From contig JAUCBJ010008761.1 in NCBI GenBank assembly GCA_032718475.1, positions 1 through 64,000 on the forward strand: DNA of 64,000 nt, read 5' to 3'. The DNA comes from Nemertoderma westbladi (Eukaryota > Animalia > Xenacoelomorpha). The position numbers and the translations under genes are program-made. Below are positions 25,355 through 39,500 of this stretch, one piece after another; the stretch's first letter is position 1, and each line of letters begins with the position of its first letter. The notes below the pieces were generated by a model. That model saw nothing but the letters and a program-made list of their open reading frames with translations. It had not been told where the DNA came from and searched no databases.

Positions 25355-27590
25355 TATAGAACACGAAGTGGGGCCTTCGCGCAGCACGTGACTTAAATTT
25401 AATTTAAGTACTAATTCGAAAGTATTACTGTATTAGCAAATTTTAAGCAGATTTCGCCTAATCACTTTTTACCTCTTTCATTTCTATTCAGACATTTCTG
25501 ACTCTAGCGGTATAGTGAGAACTGACGATGGATTAGGGTCTCCAGCCCCACAAAGACACAGCCTATGGATGAATAGTACATACGTACATCGGCCAAGTTT
25601 CATCTTGAATAACGGATAACGAAATGAGAGACGGATCTCACTTTCAGAAATTTCGTCGTATAGCGGCAGACCGATTAAATCTCCCCCCCCCCCCCCCCCC
25701 ACAAAGACGCAGCATGTGGTCCAGAATATATGGCAAGATTCAGCTTAAACTGATTAAAATCAATGAGACGGGAGAATCTATTCACTTTCAGGCATAAAGT
25801 AGTCCTATAGCGGGTGACTGTTGAACTGATTTTCAACAAAACAAATTTTCAACTTGGCAGCTTTAAATTCGACAAAGTTATAAGCATGTCAATATCATAA
25901 CGACGACAACGATTTCACTTTCAGACATTTGGCCCTCTAGCGGCAGACTGGAGAACTGCAGATGGATTCGCCTCCTTTGAAAGTCACAGCTAATGGTCTA
26001 ATACATATCTGCCAAGTTTCAGCTTAAACGGATTAAAAGCAAAGAAATGGGAGGGCATTTAATGTTTAGACATGTGGCCCTCTAGCGGGAGACCATTGCA
26101 CTGATGGTGTCTGAAAGTCTCTCAAAAATCTCAACTTTTGCTCATATTGATACCTACAAATTTTCAACTTGGCAGCTTTAAATCCGACAAAGTTATTAGC
26201 ATGTCAAAATCGTAACGACGACAACGATTTCACTTTCAGACCTTTGGCCCTCTAGCGGCAGACTGGAGAACTGCAGAAGGATTCGCCTCCTTTGAAAGTC
26301 ACAGCTAATGGTCTAATACATATCTGCCAAGTTTCAGCTTAAACGGATTAAAAGCAAAGAAATGGGAGGGCATTTAATGTTTAGACATGTGGCCCTCTAG
26401 CGGGAGACCATTGCACTGATGGTGTCTGAAAGTCTCTCAAAAATCTCAACTTTTGCTCATATTGATACCTACAAATTTTCAACTTGGCAGCTTTAAATCC
26501 GATAAAGTTATTAGCATGTCAAAATCGTAACGACAACAACGATTTCACTTTCAGACCTTTGGCCCTCTAGCGGCAGACTGGAGAACTGCAGATGGATTCG
26601 CCTTCTTTGAAAGTCACAGCTAATGGTCTAATACATATCTGCCAAGTTTCAGCTTAAACGGATTAAAAGCAAAGAAATGGGAGGGCATTTAATGTTTAGA
26701 CATGTGGCCCTCTAGCGGGAGACCATTGCACTGATGGTGTCTGAAAGTCTCTCAAAAATCTCAACTTTTGCTCATATTGATACCTACAAATTTTCAACTT
26801 GGCAGCTTTAAATCCGACAAAGTTATTAGCATGTCAAAATCGTAACGACGACAACGATTTCACTTTCAGACCTTTGGCCCTCTAGCGGCAGACTGGAGAA
26901 CTGCAGATGGATTCGCCTCCTTTGAAAGGCACAGCTAATGGTCTAATACATATCTGCCAAGTTTCAGCTTAAACGGATTAAAAGCAAAGAAATGGGAGGG
27001 CATTTAATGTTTAGACATGTGGCCCTCTAGCGGGAGACCATTGCACTGATGGTGTCTGAAAGTCTCTCAAAAATTTCAACTTTTGCTCATATTGATACCT
27101 ACAAATTTTCAACTTGGCAGCTTTAAATCCGACAAAGTTATTAGCATGTCAAAATCGTAACGACGACAACGATTTCACTTTCAGACCTTTGGCCCTCTAG
27201 CGGCAGACTGGAGAACTGCAGATGGATTCGCCTCCTTTGAAAGTCACAGCTAATGGTCTAATACATATCTGCCAAGTTTCAGCTTAAACGGATTAAAAGC
27301 AAAGAAATGGGAGGGCATTTAATGTTTAGACATGTGGCCCTCTAGCGGGAGACCATTGCACTGATGGTGTCTGAAAGTCTCTCAAAAATTTCAACTTTTG
27401 CTCATATTGATACCTACAAATTTTCAACTTGGCAGCTTTAAATCCGACAAAGTTATTAGCATGTCAAAATCGTAACGACGACGACGACGACAACGACGAC
27501 GACGACGACGACAACTATTTGCATAAATTGACCCACCCCCTAACAGTGTCAATTCGCTAAGGCTCCGCCAACTTCGTGGCTCGCCCCACA
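25355..27590. mobile_element. Composite repeat element (HINE/DINE-1-like architecture) with a central 315-bp tandem array and (gac)n microsatellite
   Basis: aaattttcaacttggcagc recurs at ~25843, 26158, 26473, 26788, 27103 and 27418; (gac)n at ~27475-27512. The end 27547-27587 and part of the unit recur inverted at ~45145-45430. Family assignment is inferred. Confidence 0.7.
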
Positions 27591-27702
27591 TGAGATTCGC
27601 CAGTTAATCCCGTGGCGTTTATGTAATTTAAAATAGAGTGAAGTGACTCTTTACAGAATAATTAACTAACTAATTATTAGTAAATATATTTATAACTCTA
27701 AC

Positions 27703-27907
27703 CGAATAGATTGAGGTGTTTTCCGTTGGTCAGTAGGTCTGGTTCACCCCTAGCGATGCCTCCTGGCGGCAGCCACGCGCACACACTGAGTAGTTTCAGC
27801 CAATGCTGGCAGTCAGTCTCTGAGTCGAAAGCCAGTTGCAAAGTGCGTTGGTCCCGGTAGACAACCTCGATAGAATTCCGACGTATCTCTTTATTTAGTT
27901 TCGAAAC
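27703..27907 (-). CDS. DOK4/5/6-like gene, exon 3 (PH domain end and linker)
   Basis: ttatag| ... |gttaga, 205 nt, phase 0-1, VSKLNKEIRRNSIEVVY..AFDSETDCQHWLKLL..RGEPDLL; the GEPDLL motif is typical of DOK4/5/6. Confidence 0.92.
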
Positions 27908-28153
27908 CTATAAAGTAGTGACATTCTATAAGACTGGCAGTGCTGATAACAGGTAAGTCACTATGTCACAATGAAAAGTTGTAGTGTCTATCCGAGTTCT
28001 GTATAACGCTACCGTAGACGGGGTCGCTATTATGTGATGTAGCTAATTCTTCTTAGTCCCATTAGACCTTAGAGGTCGGGGGTTTTAGTGGGCTAGACCA
28101 CCTGTGCGGTATGTCCCGCTGAATGCCGGCATACCAACTGCAGCAACACTAAC

Positions 28154-28288
28154 CTGAACTATACCGTCGATATCAGCTGTCTTGCATAGACCCCCACAAT
28201 GCCACGCCTTCTCGTCCGCATAACGCAGGAGTTTATAGTCACCTAGGAAACCCTCCTTGCGAAGAACCAACCAGCGTTTCTTCCAAAA
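28154..28288 (-). CDS. DOK4/5/6-like gene, exon 2 (PH domain)
   Basis: ttttag| ... |gttagt, 135 nt, phase 0-0, FWKKRWLVLRKEGFLGDYKLLRYADEKAWHCGGLCKTADIDGIVQ. Confidence 0.92.
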
Positions 28289-31200
28289 CTAAAAATTAAA
28301 ATAATATAAATTAACTACCGGCACATCTATTAAACATCAAAATACAAAACAGTTATGCGATCACGGCTGCATCTGAAAAAATAAGCGTATAAATGTTGTA
28401 TGATTTAAGTTGATAGTTTCCGAGTTACATTGGCAATAAATGGAATGGGGACCGGACCACCCTAAGGTGCTGCCTTACAGTCTACTCTTGTAGTTGAAGT
28501 TGTCGATTCGTGAATGGGCGTGAACAGAGCGACATAGGGGGCCCCATGCAACGCTGCAGATGTTAGGTATGGGAGGGGGGGGGGGGGGGGGGGGGTACCG
28601 ACAAAGAAACCGGTTCAACGGAACACTAACCAACTAACCGAACAGAACAGCTGCATTATCGACGCAAGGGCGCCAGTTCTATGGAGCCAAGAACTACAGA
28701 GACGATTCAGTGTTGTGACAACAATGAATAGGGGACACAAAAGGCAACTATAGGAACATTGTCACATAATATAAGGTTCAACGAATATGATTACTTGCCC
28801 CCCAAATCTATATTAGTTCCATTCCGCACCCAAACCCTCCCTACACATAAGAGCCCAACTTTCAACTACCAGTTGTTCTTCCTATCCCCAATATATTACA
28901 TATTACTATCCTCCACCTGCCTGCACAGCTTAGTGAATAATTAATCACCCATTTTTACCTGATTATAAAATAATTTATTGTTGGGGCCTATACTTAGGAA
29001 TTTATCCCGGTTTTACAGAAGGTTACGATTACGAACCATATTTTATATTTAACAGCAACGAGGCAGTTGAATTGGTTGTTTTGAGCGTTTGATAGTATAT
29101 GAGCGAATGAGCGAGTCTCATCAAAAGATATATCAAGCCTACATGGCTTGATATATGTCTGGTATTGTCTCTATATCATTCAAAACGTGGAACCTCTGTC
29201 TCCAACCAGATTTGCTTGAATCTAGGAAGCAGGCGGGTTTTACATTTAGCATCTAAACTCAACATCACTGTAAAATACGTGACGATGTATGCCCGTAGGC
29301 GAGAGATCATTCCACACTAACCACCTTTCATAGTAATTCCCACAGATTTTCCACGCGTCGCACTAATGATAATTCCATGCTCCGAACCGTGACAAAGGAA
29401 TATCGCTAAAGGAAGGCTGATAGGGCCATGTCATTGTCACCTTCCCGGCAGCGGGGTTTCGAGATTGTAAACTGTCAGTATATAATCTCTAACGTTTATC
29501 CTTGGGTTAATTCCGTGGGAATTTCCTGGCAGGTTGTCGTCGCCTCGTTACCGATAATGGCTCAATAGAGTTGAATCCCCGAAGGATTGCGAAGAGATGG
29601 AATCGCTCGGGTGTGGAAGCTGCTATAGCCCCGGTACCGGTAGGCCTACCACCTGGGGGCTGATCATCAGGGTTTAGCAGCCCTAATGCATCCCGGATTT
29701 GGGAACAGTTTCGTGTGGATACCTCCGACCGACAGGGAACAACGTGTCAGATAGGGGGAGTGCTGTAATCCCATGGGATATAAACCCTCACCTCATCCAT
29801 TAACGTTGGAATACCGCGCTAGGGTTGTTGAGAATATAATTACGGAATATTTAAAGCGAGCAAAATTAACAGTAACCGATTCTCTTCAGCAACGCCAGTA
29901 GAACTACAACAGGAGAAAAATATCGATTTTTAGAATCAAATCAGAGTAGACCAACTAACGAAACAATGACACATTCAGACACCTGTTATGAATGTGAAAG
30001 GGATGAAAGTCATATGTAATTGTACTGGGTACGGTACATATTATACAATTATACTCAACAATATGAAATCAAATTAAATTGTCGCAATGATAAAAAGAGA
30101 AAACCGAATAAGAAAAGAAAATAAAACCGACTGCCGGCTAGGGTTTTCACAGCGTTTAGGCGTCTGCCAACGTACTGTCAATCACAGAGCTGATCCGAAA
30201 CATAATCGCTACTCCCATAAAGCCATGTCAACAATTGCATGATCATAGATCATTTTTATATAATTATTGCAATTGTATGTGAATGTGTGTGCTGTGTGTT
30301 TCGTACTTGTGGTTGTGGAAGGGTGAATTATCATTTGCTCGAATTGACTTAAAGTTTAACCTGCAGTCGTATATTTGCATTCCTTGTTCACCGTGATTAG
30401 GTTCAGCCAATTAAAGGTAATCAATCATTCACATATCACATATAGGTCATTACAGCCACGCCGGGATCTCAATAATGCATATATATCTACCCCAATTAAC
30501 CTCCATTATAACGGTTGAATACATAATAGGTGATTCCTTAGATTGAAGCCCCAGGATTCCATTCCCCAATATCAACTCCAATCAAAGGGGAAACTCATGA
30601 TAATTTCCATGCGCCAATGACCTAACGAACACTGGAAATTAGAAAAATTCCACTGGAGAATACAGGATTGCCACGCGCATAAAGCCATAAAAAGAATAAA
30701 GGCCACGCGCGTCAATGGCGGCTCATATACGTCTTAATATACTCCTCAGAAACTGTTGCCATTATAATTCATCAAACCTTCTTCATTATTCATTAGAAAA
30801 TATGCCTGGATTACCAAAAAAAGGAAACAAACATGCGGGGCTGATTGAAGCCATATTTCCATCCCGTGAAAACAATCGTTAACGAGGGGTGCAGCAGGGG
30901 TCCTGGCAAGGTTGGAGCCCATGGAATGGAGGGAGAGGCGAAGGCAAGATCCCATGGAATCCTGCTTCCTCCAACAGTGAGACCAATAAATATACAGGCA
31001 TGCTGGGATGGCGCCAGACTGTCGGGCGCTTATAAGAGCCCGCTGCTCTGCCTACCATTCAGCACCCACGGATTATACACTGCCTCCATCCATAGATGTA
31101 ATATTCCAGTGGGAAGCGGTATGCACTATAGGTTAAGCAGGGAAGGTGCGAACACATATATTCCCTATGGAAGAGGAACCATATGGACACTTGGAACCAA

Positions 31201-34200
31201 ATGCAGGATCCACTCACTGGGTTATATCTTATCTACTCACTATTTATTTTTAATCAATGGCAACAACTGAGGAACTGCCATTGAACCCCACATTGATAAT
31301 GCGAGTTTGTATAATATATATTGGTTTGGCGTTTGAGCTTATAAGAATAGTATCAAGGGGAGCCCGCGTAGAGCCTATTAAACTGTGATTCATTGTGATG
31401 CGGCCAAGTTAATAAGATGCAATAAGGGAGGATCCTGCGACACTAATTGCCCCATTCTATAAGAGGCAGGCAAATAATGACCAGCGAATATTAGGATGGA
31501 AAGATAGCGATGAAAGGGGCTGTAAAAAACGGGGAAGCAAAGGAAATAAAAGCCGGATTGAGATACTATGTCAGTGACAAACGACGATCTTTGGTATTTA
31601 AAGTTTTATTCAACCGAAGCACAATATCAATAATGTGTAAAAAGCCACCAGATTACGGTTTGGCAAGTGGAAGTAATAGGGCATCCCACCCGAGAACCAA
31701 ATGCCCAGGGCAAGGATTCGAATACGATATAACCAATGGAACCGTGTCATAGCATATTTGATGTGGAATGTATAATTTGATTCGTAACATTTTACATTTT
31801 AGTTGGGGATGAAATCAAGTGAATAATATATAATATTGGAAAATACATTATAGAACATGTTAATATACATGCACCTTAGTATATACTAGAAGAGGCCCTG
31901 GGGGGTAGGAATATAAGAACGTTAAGGAACAAGTAAGATTATCTCTTCCACCTGCAGGCAATGAAGGTAAAGGGTGTGGCGGTTTAACCTGGAACTTCGC
32001 GCAATGCCCACTCTAACACTGAGCCGCTCGGTCACCTTATTCCAAATTCAATTACGGGATGTAAGCTTAGTAGAGTAAGCCCAACTCTTACTATAACTAA
32101 CAGATAATGAATTATTCTCACCCAAACTACCTGCGTTGAGGATCCGCAGAGGGAGAGCTATTTAGTATTCATGCGATAAGAAGGTGAAGAGGACCAACCC
32201 CTTCCAGAGTACCAGGTACACCAGATATCGAGATATCCATGGATGTTTGGCGACGACAGATAATGCCGTACCTAGTTTGATTTGAGCAGTGGAGTAAAGC
32301 CTATCTCCTATAGTGTAGGCATATTCTTATCACATGACATAATAAAATAATAATTATATATGTAACCGCAACATCTCTCCTTTTATGTCGGACGGCAAGG
32401 GATGTAAAATGAACTCCGGCGCAAATTGACCTCAAGTGAAATTAAATTTGGTTTATTGTTTTGGTTATAGATGCCTGCCCCTTTCCCTTAATGCTTTAAA
32501 ATAAATTATTCATTTGCCCTATTAACTATAAAAGATTCTAGAACTCAGTGCATTTTATCAGTTCATTTACAGTTTTTGAGGTTGATATTGTCAACCTACC
32601 CCAAAGATACCGATACAGTTGCAGGAAACATAATCAATGTATTGTATAATGTGTGATTACGAAATACAGAACCACACGACCACGACCAACCATAATAAAT
32701 CTCTTCAACCACAGTAGTGGTACACGTTAAACATTGCTTGGGTGGTTCAGAAAATAGCTAAACATTCATCTTAACTATAATATAGGAATATATAGATAAG
32801 GGACAGGGCACGCTAGCCATTGTTCGACCAATTACACGGTAGTCAATTACAGGACCAATCGTTTGCTCAACACAGGGTAGACCAGGGAAAGAGAATGTAT
32901 AATGTGTGCAAATAAAGGGGTTGAGAGAAGCAACCCCGTCATTAACATCGTGTAAATATTGAACTTATACATTGGCGACGGTAAACGGAAGGGCCAAAAT
33001 AGAACGTAATTATTCCTCTCGTTAGGGAGACAATACTCGCGGCAGACAGTAATTACCTCGTAACGTCGCAATGATGTCGGCTAGCCGGTTGAGACACTGG
33101 TCGAAGAGTGTCTGATTGCAAAGAATATACCACATTATAGGTAGTGAGTGGGCCTTTAGTAAAGTACAAGAGGAGGGGAGGGCCGGTACCAGGTCATTTG
33201 GGAAAAGTGAGGTAACTGTATATACCGGGGTTCATGTTCAAGCTATGTCAAACAGCATAGGGACAAATCGAACCAGACTGGGAATATAGTTCGCGCTTCG
33301 ATTTCAATACCTCGCATAACGAATCAGACTGATTGTGATTGTAAAACAAAAGAAAAAGCAATAATATTATAATGTGTTACTTTATTTTAGCTATTGGAAG
33401 ACAAATTGTATTTGCGAGTTACGTGTAAGGTATCTGTATCATACCTGGTGTGATGTAGTTGATTCATGGATTACATGGTGGTTTAACCCACCTACACACC
33501 ACACACCCAGCCTATTAACCCACCTCCCTCAAGTCTCTCAAAGTAACAGTAACTCTATGGAGAGAAACGATATTATTAACTGTAATTGTAAATGTAACAT
33601 CCCCAGTACTAATCCAATTTCATACAGGATACAATTTGCCAACTACAACAGCCCTGCCTGCAGTCGTCAGGCTGCAATCAAGAGATATAAATTGGGGGCA
33701 AACAGGACAATTTATAGGGTAGGTAATCAGAACAGAAGTAATACCCCCCTCCCGCAACATACAACCATTGGAAGAGTAACCCAACAATATTTGCAGGACA
33801 CCCTGGAAATACAAGTGCTAACTAACATGTTTTTTTGTGGAATAATTGGATACAGCCAATTTAACTGATGGCCGAAGGGCTACCCTCCATCCATGAAAGA
33901 ATATAACCACATAAGATAGAACCACATAGACTAGTTGACAAGTTAATTAGAAGCAGACCTTGTTATTGTTTATGCCAAGGGCATCAGTAGTTACTGACAT
34001 GGGAGGAGACCAATGAAAGGAGGTAAGGTACAGGATACAGTAACTCAAATAATAAAATCACCAGTCAAAAGTGGCCAGAGATAAGCTAGTTCAAGTTAAG
34101 AACTGGAAGGTTTCATGCCAAAGATATTCCATACCCTCTTTTGTCACAGCCGCCAATAAGACTGGTTGCCTACAGCACTACAGGCACAATTGTTAGAACG

Positions 34201-36505
34201 AACAATGGTCACAAGGCCATAGGCCGAAATGGAAACCACTAAGTGGAAATCAAAGCTTTACAAGCTGGCTATTATGAATTGAGTAATTTCGTCGCCATGA
34301 GCATGTACCAGGGGTTGGAGACTGCCCTGGGGCTTTTGTCTCTAGCTGACAGACTGCTTGAATTCCTTTATTATCCAGTCAATAGGCTAGGCTCGTTGGC
34401 TGACACCTTCCTTGGGGCAGTTCTCGAAAGCCCCTGCTATTAGGCTATATGCGGGGCGCCTGGAGGGTTGGTGCAGTCGGCTCTCGCCTATAGCTGATAG
34501 AATATAACCCACTATTACTAAGCCTTGAAATAATAAATACAGTACAACGCCGGCATCCAATACCACACTACTGTAGCAGGAGCAGGCTAATTAGTGCAGT
34601 ATCATGCCAGTGTACATATAAGAGGGGGATGATTACATTAACATTACTGCGCAGAGAATTCTCCCCTAATTAGATGACTTTTGCTTTGTCTATGACTTCT
34701 CCATTGGAAAATATAGGGAAGAGACAAGAGGTCTGAGGTCTATGCCAAGGATGCGAAAAACTGCATGAAAGTATATCCGAAAATAAAATCAGGTCTACTA
34801 ACTGCATTACTTTAAATATAATATAACACACTAAATGACATGCTCTTCATTAATAGTACGTTTATATTCAATTGGTTTTGGTTTTTATTGAAGATAGTGA
34901 GGAATTACTTGAGTAGATGGACGGAGGATATAATTCATTTACGCCCAATAAATAAAGTGATGATCGGAGACCAAATGATAAGGGATTGACTGCGTTATAA
35001 ATGCACCTATATATTTAGGTACGGACTTTGAGCAAATGTGAATGTGTTTGCACGGCTTTTAACGAGCGTCAATATTTACAGTTAAAATTAAAGTACTAGT
35101 GAACAGGTGTGGAATGATATGACATGCTGTCACTTTGGTTAACTACATTATTTCAAAGGATTAGGATTAAATTAAACCCAAATTTGAAAAGCTCTAACTA
35201 ACACTGGTAAAGCAAGACATGCGTTGCCATAGATCTCCTGGCTTTGCCGTGCCTAGTAGGACTTCTAGGTTTAATCGTGTCTCTTCATGCGTAGGACTTC
35301 AAACAGTCCCTAGGTATTTCCTTTTTGAGTTAACGGTATCGAACAATTTCACCTGAAGGCATCAAATGAAATGGCCGAATGAAAATGAACACTATAACAA
35401 CAGCCCGGTTGCCAAAAACTCTCATGAAATCCACTTAAGAAAAAGGCTTGAGAAATCTATACGATGCTGATGGTTGATGGGTTACATTCATCGAGAGCCA
35501 ACCCTGTCAGCCAACTAAGTTACCCCAGTTCGTCACGTTCAGAAGGAAAAGCTTAAAATTACCAATCAAAAATAGAATCACGACGGGACTGCCTTACCGG
35601 GCTCCAAAGAAATCATCCCGTTTTAAATCCCAGAGGGCTGCGCCTGGAAAACAGATCAAATTCACGCCGAGATCAGGAGTATAACAACTGGAGTTTGGGA
35701 GATGTGCGGGGAAGTGGGTGGGAATTAGATTTAGTCGACAAGTGGAAGAAGGAATTGATTCTATCTATCGCGTGGATTGATCGCCGCCTCCCTTATCAAA
35801 AACCCTCACACAAAAACCGACAGTACATGGTGCATACTGGTAAGTGTATAGTGTTTGCAGCAAACGATTGAGTGTCCAGTGAGTAACGCCTTAAACAAAA
35901 GGGGTTCTATCTATCTTCAGTAGGTTTATCAACAGAGCCAAACTCTGAGTAACTATATCATTTATCTATGGGATGCTTACGAGACGATATTTAGCAACAT
36001 CTCAATGGTGATCCACATTATTTACTTCCCACACATTTCCGCCTTTCAGTAATAGAACGAGATTATACTTCGCTAAGTTTTTCAGATAATACTGTCGACT
36101 TTCCATCGCAGTGTGGTGCAAACAGTATATAGTTTGGAGCACGTGCGAGGTGTGACTAAAAAACAATTCCATGTTGATAAGCCGACAAGGCATAGTGTTA
36201 TGTTGTCGATTAGGGTTAGAACCCTGCGGTGCGGTTGCGGTGCAAAGCCGCAAGGAAGTCCGAACCAAAGAGAGAAGTGGTGAAAACCTAAGGTGGTAAA
36301 TAACGCTGATAAGATGTGCCCTGCAGAGCAGAGCCAACGCGGTGCAAAACTTATTTGGCAATTACTGCATAATTATATTAAAAAAACCTCCTTCTATCAG
36401 ACTCATTAAATCAGTAATTTTACACACACGAATAAATTCGAGAAATGTTTAAATATCATCATACGGAGGAGACTAAATGGTTTGCAAAGGCAGAAAAGGC
36501 GTTAA

Positions 36506-36577
36506 TGCGTCGAGGGGGAATCGAACTCGTGACCTCTAGGTTTGAAGTCTGACGCTCTAACCTTTCCGATACAAAGC
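36506..36577 (-). pseudogene. tRNA-derived pseudogene / SINE head
   Basis: Minus strand ggttagagcgtcaga-cttcaaa-cctagaggtcacgagttcgattccc has a B box and a tRNA-like layout, but the acceptor and anticodon stems pair poorly. Confidence 0.65.
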
Positions 36578-39500
36578 ATACAGATGATGCTAATAATATA
36601 ACAGGATATATGTTTGTATACAGACAAAGGAATTCTGAGTTTCCCTTTATATAGGCCAATTAGTCTGGCAACATTACTGGAAAAGTATTCGGGATGGGTT
36701 GTTAACTTTTCCACGCCTGTTAGTAAGAGTCAAAGGGGCAACCAGTAAAAGTTAACTGAGATGGACTCGTGAGATAAGTGAATGCGAAATACCGCACCCG
36801 GGGCGCACGCAGTGAGCTTCTAAACCATTTTCGCTCTTACCAGCTTGAATTTATTTACCAATGCGGGTATAATGGACTTTACAGTAGGGGGTCGTGAAAG
36901 GCAAACATGCCACACAGATCCAACTACCACGAATTCCATGACTAAATCACATGACAAATTACCAACAAGCTCTAGCATGGTGCGAGTAAGAAGAAAGGGA
37001 AACGCCAAAACGAAATAACTTTCATGGAATTAAAAACCAGTGGGTTTGGAAAACTATATGGATGTTGAATTACGGGAAAGAGACAGGGAGGGGGTAAATG
37101 ATACATTCAGGTTGGAAATTATTTCTCTTCGATTAGGCAAAAACAAATTAGGATCTATAAGGGAACAGGAGTTCCATTATAAATAAAGTGGCCAGCAGCG
37201 CAAGGCAAGGAAGAAATTCAAGCACTGTCAAGTAAACCTTATTACACAGAGCCCAACCCACCAGCACTCCGCACTTTTGGATTAAACATAAAACCCAACT
37301 AGCATCGGCCTTGCAATTACTATGTAGGCCACGGGAAATGCTTGTATTCTATAATGATCATTGATCACTCTGATGGATTTCCACATTTACCCATTATTTC
37401 CTCCGAAATGCGTGCTGAAAGCGAAGGAGCGGGAAAGGAAAGGATGGCGACTAACTGGCGCCACAAATGTATCTCTTCGTTACAACATGCCATCATGTGC
37501 AACGCAGATGTGGCATTCAATTTCCACATGAATAATAAATATCATTGGAATAGTTTTGTGATATGCAGGAAAACATATTATGAAAAGGGAAATAATAAAA
37601 TAATGCATTCATTTTCTTACTCCTTCATGGTTATGGTAAAGAAAGCAGTGGGTTTGGTTGGCAAGTTGTTCAAACTGTATATAAATATACCGAGGGAAAA
37701 ATTGCATACATAATGCTGAAGAAATTCTAGTGACATATACTCGCACTACGATATTCATTCAATGATAGTGGTTATAGGTAAACATGTCTAAACGTAAGGA
37801 ATGGGATAGGTTTAATGTTTTTGGCATAAAATACAATAATCGCATTATGTGTCATGACCTTGACTCTATTGATTGGGGAGGACAGAGAGGGCAGGGCCTA
37901 ACTAAGTGAGGCGAGTCAAAAACTATTTGCTTGGAACCATTAACCACAGATCATTAAGCTGCAGCATCGTTGGAGCTTGGACGCATATCACACCTCGGCA
38001 AACTAATATATCGTCTCGGTTAATTAAAATTGTTAATTCTCAATTAAAGAAACGAGCAGACTACAGTGGCAAATGTAGCATGTTATCCTAACCAAAACAA
38101 GAAACGAAAGTCAATAGTACATATTACAGTAAGAAGATGTTATTTAAGTTGATTTTCCCCTATGGGGAGGGACGAATTTTGATTGCGTCAGGAGTCCCAC
38201 CCCTGTATATCTGCCCTTTATATCGGTACTAGATGTAATCCAATCACTATAGTCCCACCAGTCCGTAGATCTGGATTGAGACAAAATCCCAGGAGCTCAA
38301 GTTATCAAAAATGTCTGACCCTTACCCCAACAACAAACAGTAGACTCTACGCTACCCCGCTGAACTCAGCACTAGTTTTTACATACCAATTCACATGTCG
38401 AGATTCAAAAACATATTTTTTTTATCTGCATATGTACAACAGAAAATATAATAATGCCAACAGATATAGGCCAACATTACGCTATAGATATGTCTGTATC
38501 GCATCGCCATACCATAAAATATCACCCGGCACATGAACATATAACTCAAACTAAACTAAAAATCATACATTTACCACAATTTAATTCTGACCGGAAAAAA
38601 AAGGGGACGGATACACACATGGTCGTATAAGATTTGCACAAAGAAACCCCCACGAAAGGGTCACTTTACCGACAACACGTAGCGTAAGAATAGCGAATAA
38701 TATACCTGTCAGTAATGTACATATATAGAATTGAGATGTACGTTCGACAGACATATATAATGATGTAGTTGCTGGGATTAGGGAGTTGCCCTAAATAATA
38801 GCTACCAACTAATAAAGTTAAAGACGCTAATATGCTACGAGAATAGGTTGTGATTGTTATATGGAGAAGGTTGCCATGCTCAGGTAAACACGCATATTTA
38901 TATGGTCAGGAAACATGTCTTTGAAACTCCAAGCTACACACTATATGCATGCTGGACAATTGTAATACCTCTTATATAAGGATATCATATAGAAATAGCC
39001 TAAATACGAGGCTGGTCGTCCGTACGTCGCAATATAAATATAATATCAATGTCTGGCGGTATAAACATCCACAATACCGAAAATTAAAGAACAACTTTAA
39101 TTTACAGCAATATTTGGTTACTCCAGAAACGTGTAATGGACAAAGCGTGCCACTGACAATGTCTGAATTTAAACAAATTATAAAATATTATAATGGGAAG
39201 GTATTTTAATGAGCGATTGCAAATAACTAAAATGTTCGATTCAGGGGGAGGGCAAAATTATAAAAAAATTAGAATCAGTAGGCGGTCTGTAAATAATGTG
39301 ATTAAATATATTCCATGGTTACTTGTCCTGTGCACTTTGTGACTATTGTGTGTAAGCAAAGTACCGCCGGCCTGTCTGATTAAATATAGTCTCTCTGCAT
39401 GATACCTTGGCGTTGATTAACTGCACAGTAAGAAAGGGTTAATTAAAATCGAAATTGATGTGTATCTGAAAACGCCCAGGGTTAAACCAGCCACCACAAT

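Noticed and set aside
36506-36577. tRNA-Sec or UGA suppressor tRNA (loop CTTCAAA)
   Set aside because: Anticodon and acceptor stems do not pair and there is no long variable arm; more likely a SINE head. Similar B-box fragments occur at ~23485 and ~44390.
30845-38536. ORFs of 117-164 aa within DOK intron 1 (30845, 33374, 36002, 37342, 38183)
   Set aside because: Mostly non-ATG starts, no recognisable motifs and no consistent exon chain.
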